A stretch of 64,000 nucleotides of DNA from the human T2T-CHM13v2.0 reference genome, Homo sapiens. Under the pieces are notes generated by a model. It saw only the letters and a list, made by a program, of their open reading frames with translations. It was not told where the DNA came from and did no database searches. The stretch lies in NCBI RefSeq assembly GCF_009914755.1, contig NC_060940.1. One strand, 5' to 3'. Positions 15,417 to 29,700 of the stretch are shown one piece after another. The position numbers and the translations under genes are program-made. Every line of letters begins with the position of its first letter. The first letter of the stretch is position 1.

Positions 15417-18400
15417 GATAATGATTACATCCGAGTCCATTCGATGATTCCATTTGAGCCCGTTCGATAATTCCATTTGAGTCCAATCAATGATTCCATT
15501 CATTTCCATTCAATGATTCCATTCGAGTCCATTTGATCATTCCGGTAGGGTCCGTTCGATGTTGATTCCATTGGAGTGCATTCGATGATTCCATTCGAGT
15601 CCATTTTAGGATTTGATTCGAGTCCTTTCGATGATTCCATTCGATTCCACTCGATGATTTCATTCGAGTCCATTCGACACTTCCAATCGATTCCATTTGA
15701 TGTTTCCATTCGATTCCAATTGATGATTCCATTCAATTCCATTCGATGATGATTCCGTACGATTCCATTCTGTGATGATTCCATGTGATTGCATTCAATG
15801 ATGATTCCTTTCGATTGCATTCGATTATGATTCATTTCGTGTTCATTCTATGGTTCCACAGGTTTCCATTCGATGATGTTTCCATTCGTGTCCATTCCAT
15901 TATTCCATTCTATTCCATTTGAAGACGATTCCATTCGATTCCATTCATTGGTGATTCCACTCAATTCCATTCAATGATTCCATTCCATTTCTTTCAACAA
16001 TGATTCCATTAGTTTCTATTCGATGATCCACTTGATTCCATTTGACGATGATTCCATACGTGTCCATTCGATGATTCCACTTGATTCCATATGATGATGA
16101 TTCCATTCGATTCCATACGATGATGATTCCATTCGAGTCCATTCAATGGTGATTCCATTCAATTCCATTCGATGATTCCTTTCGATTCCATTCAATGATG
16201 ATGGCATTCGATTCCTTTCGATCATTCCCTTTGATTCCATTCAAAGGTGATTTCATTCAAGTCCATTCGATAATTGCATTCGATTCCATTCTATGATGAT
16301 TCCATTCGAGTCCATTTGATGATTCCATTCAATTCAAGTCAATGATGATTCCATTCGATTCCACTCGATGATTCCATTGGATTCCATTCGATGATGATTC
16401 CATTCAAATCCATTCGATAATTCAATTCAAGTCCATTCGATGATGATTCCAATCGAATCCATTCAAAGATTCCACTCAATTCCATTCGATGATGATTCCC
16501 TTAGATTCCATTTGATGATTCCACTTGATTCCATTTACGATGATTCCATTCGATTCCATGTGATGATTCCATTCAATTCTATTCAATGATGTTTCCACTT
16601 GATTCCATTCGAACATGATTGCCTTTGATTCCATTCAATGATTCCATACGGTTCCATTTGATGATGATTCCATTCGAGTGCATTAGATGATTCCATTCGA
16701 GTCCATTCGATGATTCCATTCGATTCCATTCGATGTTGATTCTGTTCAAATCCATTCGATGATTCCACTCGATTCCATTCGATGACTCCATTTGATCCCA
16801 TTCGATGATTTCCTTTGATTCCCTTTGATGATCATTCCATTTGATTCAATTCGGTGATTTCATTTGATTCCATTCAGTGATGTTTCCATTCAACTCCTTT
16901 CGATGATGATTCCATTCGAATCCATTCGATTATGATTTCATTCAATTCCATTCGATAATGATTCCCTTCAAGTCCATTCGATGATTCCATTCGATTCCAT
17001 TCAACGATGATTTGATTCGTGTCCATTCGATGATTCCGTTTGATTCAATTTGATGATGATTCCATTCGAGTCCCTTTGATGATTCCATTCAATTCCATTC
17101 TCCGATGATTTCTTTTGAGCCCATTCAATGCTTCCACTCGATTCCATATGATGATGACTCCATTTGATGAAATTCCATGATGATTCCATTCGCTTGCATT
17201 CGATGATGATTCCACTTGAGTCCGTTAGAAGATTCTATTCAATTACATTCCATGACGATTCTGTTCGAGTCCATTTGATGATTCCATTAGACTCCATTCG
17301 ACGATGATTCCATTCGATGTTATTCGATGATGATTCCATTCAACTCCATTCGATGTTTCCATTCGAGTTCATTCTATTATTCCATTAGATTCCATTCGAT
17401 GATGATTCCATTCGATTCCATTTGATGATTGCATTCTATTTCATTTGATGATGATTCCATTCGAGTCCATTCGATGATTCCATTCGAGTCCATTTAATGA
17501 ATCCATTGGTTTCAATTCTATGATGATTACATTGGATTCCATTCGTTGATGATTTCATTCGATTCCATTCAATGATGATTCCATTCAATTCCATTCAATG
17601 ATTCCATTCAATTACATACGATGATGATTCCATTTGATTTGATTCGACAGTGAGCCATTCGATTCAATTCCATGATGATTCTATTTGATTCAATTGGTTG
17701 ACATTTCCATTCGATTCCATTCGATGATGATTCCATTTGATTCCATTCAAAGATGATTCCATTCTAGCCCATTCAATCATTCCATTCGATTCTATTCAAT
17801 GATGATTCCATTCATGTCGATTTGGTGATTCCATTTGACTTCATTTGATGATGATTCCTTTCAAGTTCATTAGATGATTCCATTCGATTCCATTTGATGA
17901 TGATCCCATTCGAGTCCATTCAGTGATTCCACTCGTTTCCATTCCATGATGATTCCATTCCATTCCATTCAATGATTCCATTCGATTCCGTTTGATGATG
18001 ATTTCATTCGAGTCCATTTGATGATTCCATTTGATTCCATTCGATGATGATTACATTCGAGTCCATACGATGATTCCACTCAATTCCATATGATGATGAT
18101 TCCATTCGATTCCATTCGATGATTCCATTCTATTCTATTCAATGGTGATTCCATTCGAGTACATTAGATGATTCCATTCGATTCCATTCAATGATGATTC
18201 TATTTGTGTCCCTTAGATGGTTCCACATGATTCCATTTCATGATGATACTATTTGAGCCCATCCAATGATTCCCTTCGATTCCATTCGATGAGGATTCCA
18301 TTCGATTCAATTCATTGGTGATTCTATTCAATTCAATTCTTTGATTCCATTCCATTCCATTCGACAATGATTCCATTCGATTTCTTTCGATGATTCCACT

Positions 18401-20353
18401 CGATTCCACTTGACATTGATTCCATTCGATTCCATTCAATGATTCCGTTTGATTCCAGTGGATGATGATTGCCATCGATTCCATTCGATCACTCCATTCT
18501 ATTCCATTTGATGATGATTACATTCGATTCCATTTGATGATTCCATCTGATTCTATTCGAGGATTCCATTTGATTCCATTCGATGATGATTCCATTCGAG
18601 TGCATTCGATGATTTCATTCGAGTACATCCAATGATTCCATTCGAGTCCATTTGATTTTTCCATTTAATTCCATTTGATTATGATTCTACTAGAGTCCAT
18701 TCAATGACTCAATTCGAATCCATTCAACAATTCCATTCGAGGCCATTCGATGATTCCATTTCATGATTCCATTCGACTCCATTTAATCATTACAGTCGAG
18801 TCCATTTGGTGATTCCACTGGATTTTTTTTGATAATGATACCATTCAATTACATTTGATGATGATCCCATTCAATTTCATTTGATGGTGATTCCATTAGA
18901 GTCCATTCGATGATTTCATTCGAGTCCCTTCATTGATTCCATCCGATTTCATTTGATGATGACTCCATTCGAGTCCATTCGATGATTCCACTCGATTCCA
19001 TTAGATGATTCCATTGGAGTCCATTTGATTGTTCCATTCGATTCTATTCGATTCCTTTCGAAGATTATTCCATTTGAGTCCATTCGATGATGATTCCATT
19101 CCATTCCATTCGATGATTCCGTTTGATTCCATTCGATGATTCCCTTCGATTCCTTTCTTTGATGATTCCATTCCATTCCATTCAATGATTCCATTCGAAT
19201 CTATTCCATGATGATTCCTTTCGATTCCATTCGCTGATGTTTCCGTTCAATTCCATTCGATGATGATTCCATTCGATTCCATTCATTGAGGATTCCATTT
19301 GATTCCATTCAATGATGATTCCATTCTATTCCATTCAATGATTGCATTCAATTCCATTCAATGATTATCCCCTTAGAGTAAACTCAACGATTCCATTCAA
19401 TACCATTCGATGATGATTCCTTTTGAGTCCATTCAATGATTTCATTCAAGTCCATTTGATGATTCCTTTCAATTCCATTCTATGATGATTCCATTCGAGT
19501 CCATTCGATGATTCCATTCGATTGCATTCGATGATTCCATTATATTCCATTCAACGGTGATTCCATTCGAGTCCATTCCATGATTCCATTAGAGTACATT
19601 TAATGATTGCTTTGTTTTCAATTCGAAGATGATTACATTGGATTCCATTCTATGATACCATTCGATTCCATTCAATGATGATTCCACTCAAATCCATTGG
19701 ATGATTCCATTCGTGTCCATTCGGTGATTTCATTAGATTCCATTCGAGGATGATTCCATTCGATTCCATTCGATGATTCCATTCAATTCCATTCGATGAT
19801 GATTCCATTCCAGTCCATATGATCATTCCATTTGATTTCATTCGATGATGATTCCATTCGATTCCATTCGATGATTCCATTCTATTCCATTCGATGATGA
19901 TTCCATTCGAGTCCATTCGATGATTCCATTCGAGTCCATTTAATGATTCCATTGGGTTCAATTCAATGATGATTACATTGGATTCCGTTCTATGATTCCA
20001 TTCAATTCCGTTCATTGACAATTTGATTCCATTCGATGATGATTCCATTTGAGTTCATTCGATGATTCTATTTGATTCTCTTCGATGGTGATTCAATTCT
20101 ATTATATTGGATGATTCCATTCGATTCCATTTGATGTTGATTCAATTCGATTCTATTCGATGGTGATTCCATTGGATTTCACTTCATGATTCTGTTCGAT
20201 TCCATTCAATGATGATTCACTTCTCGTCCATTGGATGATTCCATTTCATTCCATTCGATGATGATTCCATTCGATTCCATTCGATGATTCCATTTGATTC
20301 CATGCGTCGGTGAGCAATTCGATTCAATTCCATGATGATTCTATTTGATTCAA

Positions 20354-23300
20354 TTAGATGATGTTTCCATTCGAATCCATTCCATGATTATTCCATTGGA
20401 ATCCATTCGGCGATGATTCCATATGAGTCAATTCAATGATGATTCCATATGGGTCCGTTCGATGATAATTCCATTTGATTTCATTCGGTGCTTCTATTCA
20501 ATTCCAGTCGATGATGATTCCGTTGGAGTCCATACGATGATTCCATTTGATTTCATTTGATGATGATTCCATTCGATGATGATTACATTGGATTCCATTC
20601 TATGATTCCATTCAATTCCATTCGTTGATGATTCGATTCCATTCAATGATGATTCCATTTGAGTTCATTCGATGATTCTATTCGATTCCGTTCGATGGTG
20701 ATTCAATTCTCTTATATTGGATGAATCCACTCGATTCCATTTGATGATTATTCCATTGGAGTCCACTTAGTGAATCCTTCAGATTCTACTCGAAGATGAT
20801 TCCATTCAAGTCCATTCGATGATACCATTCAATTCCATTCGTTGATGCTTCCATTCAAGTGCATTCGATGATATCATTCGATTCCATTTGATGATAATTC
20901 CATTTCATTCCATGCGATGATTCTATTCGATTCCATTCAATGATAATTCCATTCAGTTCAGTGATTCCTCTGGACTCCATTTGATGATGATTCCATTCAA
21001 TGATTCCATTCGATTCTATTCGAAAATGATTCCATTTGAATCCATTTGATGATGATTCCATTAGATTCCATTTGATGATTCCATTCGATTCCATGCGACA
21101 ATGATTCCATTCGATTCCATTTGATGATTCCATTCTATTGTATTCGATGATGATTCCATTCGATTCCATTCGATGATGATTGGATTTGATTCCATTTGAT
21201 GATTTCATTTGATTCCATTCGTTAATGATTTCGATCAATTCCATTCGATGATTCCATTCGATTCCATTCGATAATGATTACATCCGTGTCCATTCAATGA
21301 TTTCATTTGAGCCTGTTCGATAATTCCATTTGAGTCCAACCAATGATTCCATTCATTTCCATTCAATGATTCCATTCGAGTCCATTTGATCATTCCGGTA
21401 GGGTCCATTCGATGTTGATTCCATTGGAGTGCATTCGATGATTCCATTCGAGTCCATTTTATGATTTGATTCGAGTCCTTTCGATGATTCCATTCGATTC
21501 CACTCGATGATGATTTCATTCGAGTCCATTCGACACTTCCAATCGATTCCATTTGATGTTTCCATTCGAGTCCAATTGATGATTCCATTCAATTCCATTC
21601 GATGATGATTCCGTACGATTCCATTCTGTGATGATTCCATGTGATTGCATTCAATGATGATTCCTTTAGATTGCATTCGATTGTGATTCATTTCGTCTTC
21701 ATTCTATGGTTCCACAGGTTTCCATTCGTGTCCATTCCATTATTCCATTCTATTCCATTTGATGATGATTCCATTCGATTCCATTCATTGGTGATTCCAC
21801 TCAATTCCATTCAATGATTCCATTCCATTTCTTTCAACAATGATTCCATTAGTTTCTAATCGATGATCCACTTGATTCCATTTGACGACGATTCTATTCT
21901 TGTCCATTCGATGATTCCATTTGATTACATATCATGTTGATTCCATTCGATTCCATACGATGATGATTCCATTCGAGTCCATTCCATGGTGATTCCATTC
22001 AATTCCATTCGATGATTCCTTTCGATTCCATTCGATGATGATGGCATTCGATTCCTTTCAATCATTCCCTTTGATTCCATTCAAAGGTGATTTCATTCAA
22101 GTCCATTCGATAATTGCATTCGATTCCATTCTATGATGATTCCATTCGAGTCCATTTGATGATTCCATTCAATTCAAGTCAATGATGATTCCATTCGATT
22201 CCATTCGATGATTCCATTCAATTCCATTCGATGATGATTCCATTCAAATCCATTCGATAATTCAATTCAAGTCCATTCGATGATGATTCCAATCGAATCC
22301 ATTCAAAGATTCCATTCAGTTCCATTCGATGATTCCCTTAGATTCCATTCGATGATTCCACTTGATTCCATTTACGATGATTCCATTCGATTCCATATGA
22401 TGATTCCATTCAATTCTACTCAATGCTGTTTCCATTTGATTCCATTCGACCATGATTGCCTTTGATTCCATTCAATGACTCCATTCGGTTCCTTTTGATG
22501 ATGATTCCGTTCGATTCCATTTCATTATTCCATTTGATTCCATTGGATGAGTCCATTCGATTACATTCGATGATTATTCCATTCGAGTGCATTAGATGAT
22601 TCCATTCGAGTCCATTCGATGATTCCATTCGATGCCATTCGATGTTGATTCTGTTCAAATCCATTCGATGATTCCACTCGATTCCATTCGATGACTCCAG
22701 TTGATCCCATTCGATGATTTCCTTTGATTCCCTTTGATGATCATTCCATTTGATTCAATTCGGTGATTTCATTTGATTCCATTCAGTGATGATTCCATTC
22801 GACTCCATTCGATGATGATTCCATTCGACTCCATTCGATTATGATTTCATTCAATTCCATTCGATAATGATTCCCTTCGAGTCCATTCGATGATTCCATT
22901 CGATTCCATTCAACGATGATTTGATTCGTGTCCATTCGATGATTCCATTTGATTCCACTTGATGATGATTCCATTCGAGTCCATTTGATGATTCCATTCA
23001 ATTCCATTCTCCGATGATTTCTTTTGAGCCCATTCAATGCTTCCACTCGATTCCATATGATGATGACTCCATTCGATGAAATTCGATGATGATTCCATTC
23101 GCTTGCATTCGATGATGATTCCACTTGAGTCCATTAGAAGATTCTATTCAATTACATTCCATGACGATTCCGTTCGAGTCCATTTGATGATTCCATTAGA
23201 CTCCATTCGACGATGATTCCATTCGATGTTATTCGATGATTCCATTCGATCTCATTCGATGATGATTCCATTCAACTCCATTCGATGTTTCCATTCGAGT

Positions 23301-26300
23301 TCATTCTATTATTCCATTAGATTCCATTCGATGATGATTCCATTCGATTCCATTTGATGATTGCATTCTATTTCATTTGATGATGATTCCATTCGAGTCC
23401 ACTCGATGATTCCATTCGAGTCCATTTAATGAATCCATTGGTTTCAATTCTATGATGATTACATTGGATTACATTCGTTGATGACTTCATTCGGTTCCAT
23501 TCAATGATGATTCCATTCAATTCCTTTCAATGTTTCCATTCAATTCCATACGATGATGATTCCATTTGATTTGATTCGACAGTGAGCCATTCGATTCAAT
23601 TCCATGATGATTCTATTTGATTCAATTGGTTGACATTTCCATTCGACTCCATTCGATGATGATTCCATTCGACTCCATTCGATTATGATTTCATTCAATT
23701 CCATTCGATAATGATTCCCTTCGAGTCCATTCGATGATTCCATTCGATTCCATTCAACGATGATTTGATTCGTGTCCATTCGATGATTCCATTTGATTCC
23801 ACTTGATGATGATTCCATTCGAGTCCATTTGATGATTCCATTCAATTCCATTCTCCGATGATTTCTTTTGAGCCCATTCAATGCTTCCACTCGATTCCAT
23901 ATGATGATGACTCCATTCGATGAAATTCGATGATGATTCCCTTTGATTCCATTCAAAGATGATTCCATTCTAGCCCATTCAATCATTCCATTCGATTCTA
24001 TTCAATGATGATTCCATTCATGTCGATTTGGTGATTCCATTTGACTTCATTTGATGATGATTCCTTTCAAGTTCATTAGATGATTCCATTCGATTCCATT
24101 TGATGATGATCCCATTGGAGTCAATTCAGTGATTCCACTCGTTTCCATTCCATGATGATTCCATTCCATTCCATTCAATGATTACATTCGATTCCGTTTG
24201 ATGATGATTTCATTCGAGTCCATTTGATGATTCCATTTGATTCCATTCGATGATGATTCCATTCGAGTCCATTCGATGATTCTATTCGAATCCATTTGAT
24301 GATTTCTTTTGATTATAGTTGGTGATGATTCCATTGGAGTCCATTCAATGATTCCATTCGATTCCAATCGATGGTGATTCCATTAGAGTCCATTTAATGA
24401 TTCCATTTGATTCCAGTCTCTGATGATTACATTCGAGTCCATACGATGATTCCACTCAATTCCATATGATGATGATTCCATTCGATTCCATTCGATGATT
24501 CCATTCTATTCTATTCAATGGTGATTCCATTCGAGTACATTAGATGATTCCATTCGATTCCATTCAATGATGATTCTATTTGTGTCCCTTAGATTATTCC
24601 ACATGATTCCATTAGATGATGATACTATTTGAGCCCATCCAATGATTCCCTTCGATTCCATTCGATGAGGATTCCATTCGATTCAATTCATTGGTGATTC
24701 TATTCAATTCAATTCTTTGATTCCATTCCATTCCATTCGACAATGATTCCATTCGATTTCTTTCGATGATTCCACTCGATTCCACTTGACATTGATTCCA
24801 TTCGATTCCATTCAATGATTCCATTTGATTCCAGTGGATGATGATTGCCATCGATTCCATTCGATCACTCCATTCTATTCCATTTGATGATGATTACATT
24901 CGATTCCATTTGACGATTCCATCTGATTCTATTCGAGGATTCCATTTGATTCCATTCGATGATGATTCCATTCGAGTCCATTCGATGATTTCATTCGAGT
25001 ACATCCAATGATTCCATTCGAGTCCATTTGATGATTCCGTTTGATTCCATTTGATAATGATTCTACTAGAGTCCATTCAATGACTCCATTCGAGTCCATT
25101 CAACAATTCCATTCGACTCCATTTGATGATTCCATTCGATTCCATTTGATGATTCCATTCGAGTCCATTTAATCATTACAGTCGAGTCCATTTGGTGATT
25201 CCACCGGATTTCTTTTGATAATGATACCATTCAATTACATTTGATGATGATCCCATTCAATTTCATTTGATGATGATTCCATTAGAGTCCATTCGATGAT
25301 TTCATTCGAGTCCCTTCATTGATTCCATCCGATTTCATTGGATGATGACTCCATTCGAGTCCATTCGATGATTCCACTCGATTCCATTAGATGATTCCAT
25401 TGGAGTCCATTTGATTGTTCCATTCGATTCCATTCGATTCCTTTCGAAGATTATTCCATTTGAGTCCATTCGATGATGATTCCATTCCATTCCATTCGAT
25501 GATTCCGTTTGATTCCATTCGATGATTCCCTTCGATTCCTTTCTTTGATGATTCCATTCCATTACATTCAATGATTCCATTCGAATCTATTCCATGATGA
25601 TTCCTTTCGATTCCATTCGCTGATGTTTCCGTTCAATTCCATTCGATGATGATTCCATTCGATTCCATTCATTGAGGATTCCATTTGATTCCATTCAATG
25701 ATGATTCCGTTCTATTCCATTCAATGATTGCATTCAATTCCATTCAATGATTATCCCCTTAGAGTAAACTCAACGATTCCATTCAATACCATTCGATGAT
25801 GATTCCTTTTGAGTCCATTCAATGATTTCATTCAAGTCCATTTGATGATTCCTTTCAATTCCATTCTATGATGATTCCATTCGAGTCCATTCGATGATTC
25901 CATTAGATTGCATTCGATTATTCCATTATATTCCAGTCAACGATGATTCCATTCGAGTCCATTCGATGATTCCATTAGAGTACATTTAATGATTGCTTTG
26001 TTTTCAATTCGAAGATGATTACATTGGATTCCATTCTATGATACCATTCGATTCCATTCAATGATGATTCCACTCAAATCCATTGGATGATTCCATTCGT
26101 GTCCATTCGGTGATTTCCTTAGATTCCATTCGAGGATGATTCCATTCGATTCCATTCGATGATTCCATTCAATTCCATTCGAGGATGATTCCATTCCAGT
26201 CCATATGATCATTCCATTTGATTTCATTCGATGATGATTCCATTCGATTCCATTCGATGATTCCATTCTATTCCATTCGATGATGATTCCATTCGAGTCC

Positions 26301-26739
26301 ATTCGATGATTCCATTCGAGTCCATTTAATGATTCCATTGGGTTCAATTCAATGATGATTACATTGGATTCCGTTCTATGATTCCATTCAATTCCGTTCA
26401 TTGACAATTTGATTCCATTCGATGATGATTCCATTTGAGTTCATTCGATGATTCTATTCGATTCTCTTCGATGGTGATTCAATTCTATTATATTGGATGA
26501 TTCCATTCGATTCCATTTGATGTTGATTCAATTCGATTCTATTCGATGATGATTCCATTGGATTTCACTTGATGATTCTATTCGATTCCATTCAATGATG
26601 ATTCACTTCTCGTCCATTGGATGATTCCATTTCATTCCATTCGATGATGATTCCATTCGATTGCATTCGATGATTCCATTTGATTCCATGCGACGGTGAG
26701 CAATTCGATTCAATTCCATGATGATTCTATTTGATTCAA
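20354..26739 (+). repeat. 6.1-kb-type unit C (6386 bp = 6112 + 274-bp net insertion)
   Basis: Colinear with unit E at offset 12411 up to ~23640, then shifted by 274 bp. Confidence 0.85.
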
Positions 26740-29700
26740 TTAGATGATGTTTCCATTCGAATCCATTCCATGATTATTCCATTGGAATCTATTTGGCGAT
26801 GATTCCATATGAGTCAATTCAATGATGATTCCATATGGGTCCGTTCGATGATAATTCCATTTGATTTCATTCGATGCTTCTATTCTATTCCAGTCGATGA
26901 TGATTCCGTTGGAGTCCATACGATGATTCCATTTGATTTCATTTGATGATGATTCCATTCGATGATGATTACATTGGATTCCATTCTATGATTCCATTCA
27001 ATTCCATTCGTTGATGATTCAATTCCATTCAATGATGATTCCATTTGAGTTCATTCGATGATTCTATTCGATTCCGTTCGATGGTGATTCAATTCTATTA
27101 TATTGGATGATTCCACTCGATTCCATTTGATGATTATTCCATTGGAGTCCACTTAGTGAATCCTTTAGATTCTACTCGACGATGATTCCATTCGAGTCCA
27201 TTCAATGATACCATTCAATTTCATTCGTTGATGCTTCCATTCAAGTGCATTCGATGATATCATTCGATTCCATTTGATGATAATTCCATTTGATTCCATG
27301 TGATGATTCTATTCGATTCCATTCAATGATAATTCCATTCAATTCAGTGATTCCTCTGGACTCCATTTGATGATGATTCCATTCAATGATTCCATTCGAT
27401 TCTATTCCAAAATGATTCCATTTGAATCCATTTGATGATGATTCCATTAGATTCCATTTGATGATTCCATTCGATTGCATTTGACGATGATTCCATTCGA
27501 TTCCATTTGATGATTCCATTCTATTCTATTCGATGATGATTCCATTCGATTCCATTTGATGATGATTGGATTCGATTCCATTTGATGATTTCATTTGATT
27601 CCATTCGTTAATGATTTCGATCAACTCCATTCGATGATTCCATTTGATTCCATTCGATAATGATTACATCCGAGTCCATTCGATGATTCCATTTGAGCCC
27701 GTTCGATAATTCCATTTGAGTCCAATCAATGATTCCATTCATTTCCATTCAATGATTCCATTCGAGTCCATTTGATCATTCCGGTAGTGTCCGTTCGATG
27801 TTGATTCCATTGGAGTGCATTCGATGATTCCATTCGAGTCCATTTTATGATTTGATTCGAGTCCTTTCGATGATTCCATTCGATTCCACTCGATGATGAT
27901 TTCATTCGAGTCCATTCGACACTTCCAATCGATTCCATTTGATGTTTCCATTCGAGTCCAATTGATGATTCCATTCAATTCCATTCGATGATGATTCCGT
28001 ACGATTCCATTCTGTGATGATTCCATGTGATTGCATTCCATGATGATTCCTTTCGATTGCATTCGATTATGATTCATTTCGTGTTCATTCTATGGTTCCA
28101 CAGGTTTCCATTCGATGACGTTTCCGTTCGTGTCCATTCCATTATTCCATTCTATTTCATTTGATGATGATTCCATTCGATTCCATTCATTGGTGATTCC
28201 ACTCAATTCCATTCAATGATTCCATTCCATTTCTTTCAACAATGATTCCATTAGTTTCTATTCGATGATCCACTTGATTCCATTTGGCGATGATTCCATT
28301 CGTGTCCATTCGATGATTCCATTTGATTCCATATGATGATGATTCCATTCGATTCCATACCATGATGATTCCATTCGAGTCCATTCAATGGTGATTCCAT
28401 TCAATTCCATTCGATGATTCCTTCCGATTCCATTCGATGATGATGGCATTCGATTCCTTTCAATCATTCCCTTTGATTCCATTCAAAGGTGATTTCATTC
28501 AAGTCCATTCGATAATTGCATTCGATTCCATTCTATGATGATTCCATTCGAGTCCATTTGATGATTCCATTCAATTCAAGTCAATGATGATTCCATTCAA
28601 TTCCACTCGATGATTCCAGTGGATTCCATTCGATGATGATTCCATTCAAATCCATTCGATAATTCAATTCAAGTCCATTCGATGATGATTCCAATCGAAT
28701 CCATTCAAAGATTCCATTCAATTCCATTCGATGATGATTCCCTTAGATTCCATTCGATGATTCCACTTGATTCCATTTACGATGATTCCATTCGATTCCA
28801 TGTGATGAATCCATTCAATTCTATTCAATGATGTTTCCATTTGATTCCATTGGACCATGATTGCCTTTGATTCCATTCAATGATTCCATTCGGTTCCATT
28901 TGATGATGATTCCGTTCGATTCCATTTCATTATTCCATTTGATTCCATTGGATGAGTCCATTCGATTACATTCGATGATTATTCCATTCGAGTGCATTAG
29001 ATGATTGCATTCGAGTCCATTCGATGATTCCATTCGATTCCATTCGATGTTGATTCTGTTCAAATCCATTCGATGATTCCACTCGATTCCAATCGATGAC
29101 TCCATTTGATCCCATTCGATGATTTCCTGTGATTCCCTTTGATGATCATTCTATTTGATTCAATTCGGTGATTTCATTTCATTCCATTCAGTGATGTTTC
29201 CATTCGACTGTATTCGATGATGATTCCATTCGACTCCATTCGATTATGATTTCATTCAATTCCATTCAATAATGATTCCCTTCGAGTCCATTCGATGATT
29301 CCATTCGATTCCATTCAACGATGATTTGATTCGTTTCCATTCGATGATTCCATTTGATTCCACTTGATGATGATTCCATTCGAGTCCATTTGATGATTCC
29401 ATTCGAGTCTATTTATGTATTATATTCGTGTCCACTTCATGATTCCATTCAATTCCATTTAATGTTGATTCCATTTGATTCCATTTGATGATTCAGTTCG
29501 ATTCCTTGCAATGATTCCCTACGATTCCTTTCTCTGATGATTCCATTCGATTCCATTCATTGATGATTTCATTCGACTCCATTCGATGATGATTCCTTTC
29601 GATTCCATTTGACGATGTTTCCATTCGAGTCCATTCGATGATGATTCTATTCAATTCTGTTCTATTATGATTCCATTCGATTTCATTCAATGCTTCTATT

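Larger units (their letters stand above)
10123..20353 (+). repeat. Composite unit B (10231 bp), sister of unit A
   Basis: ORF offsets to unit A are constant in blocks: 9866, 9892, 10140, 10241, 10231. Confidence 0.85.

Noticed and set aside
22280-22465. Plus-strand 61-aa ORF (also 59093-59278)
   Set aside because: A chance TGA-free frame present only in the C/I subtype; useful as a subtype marker, not a gene.
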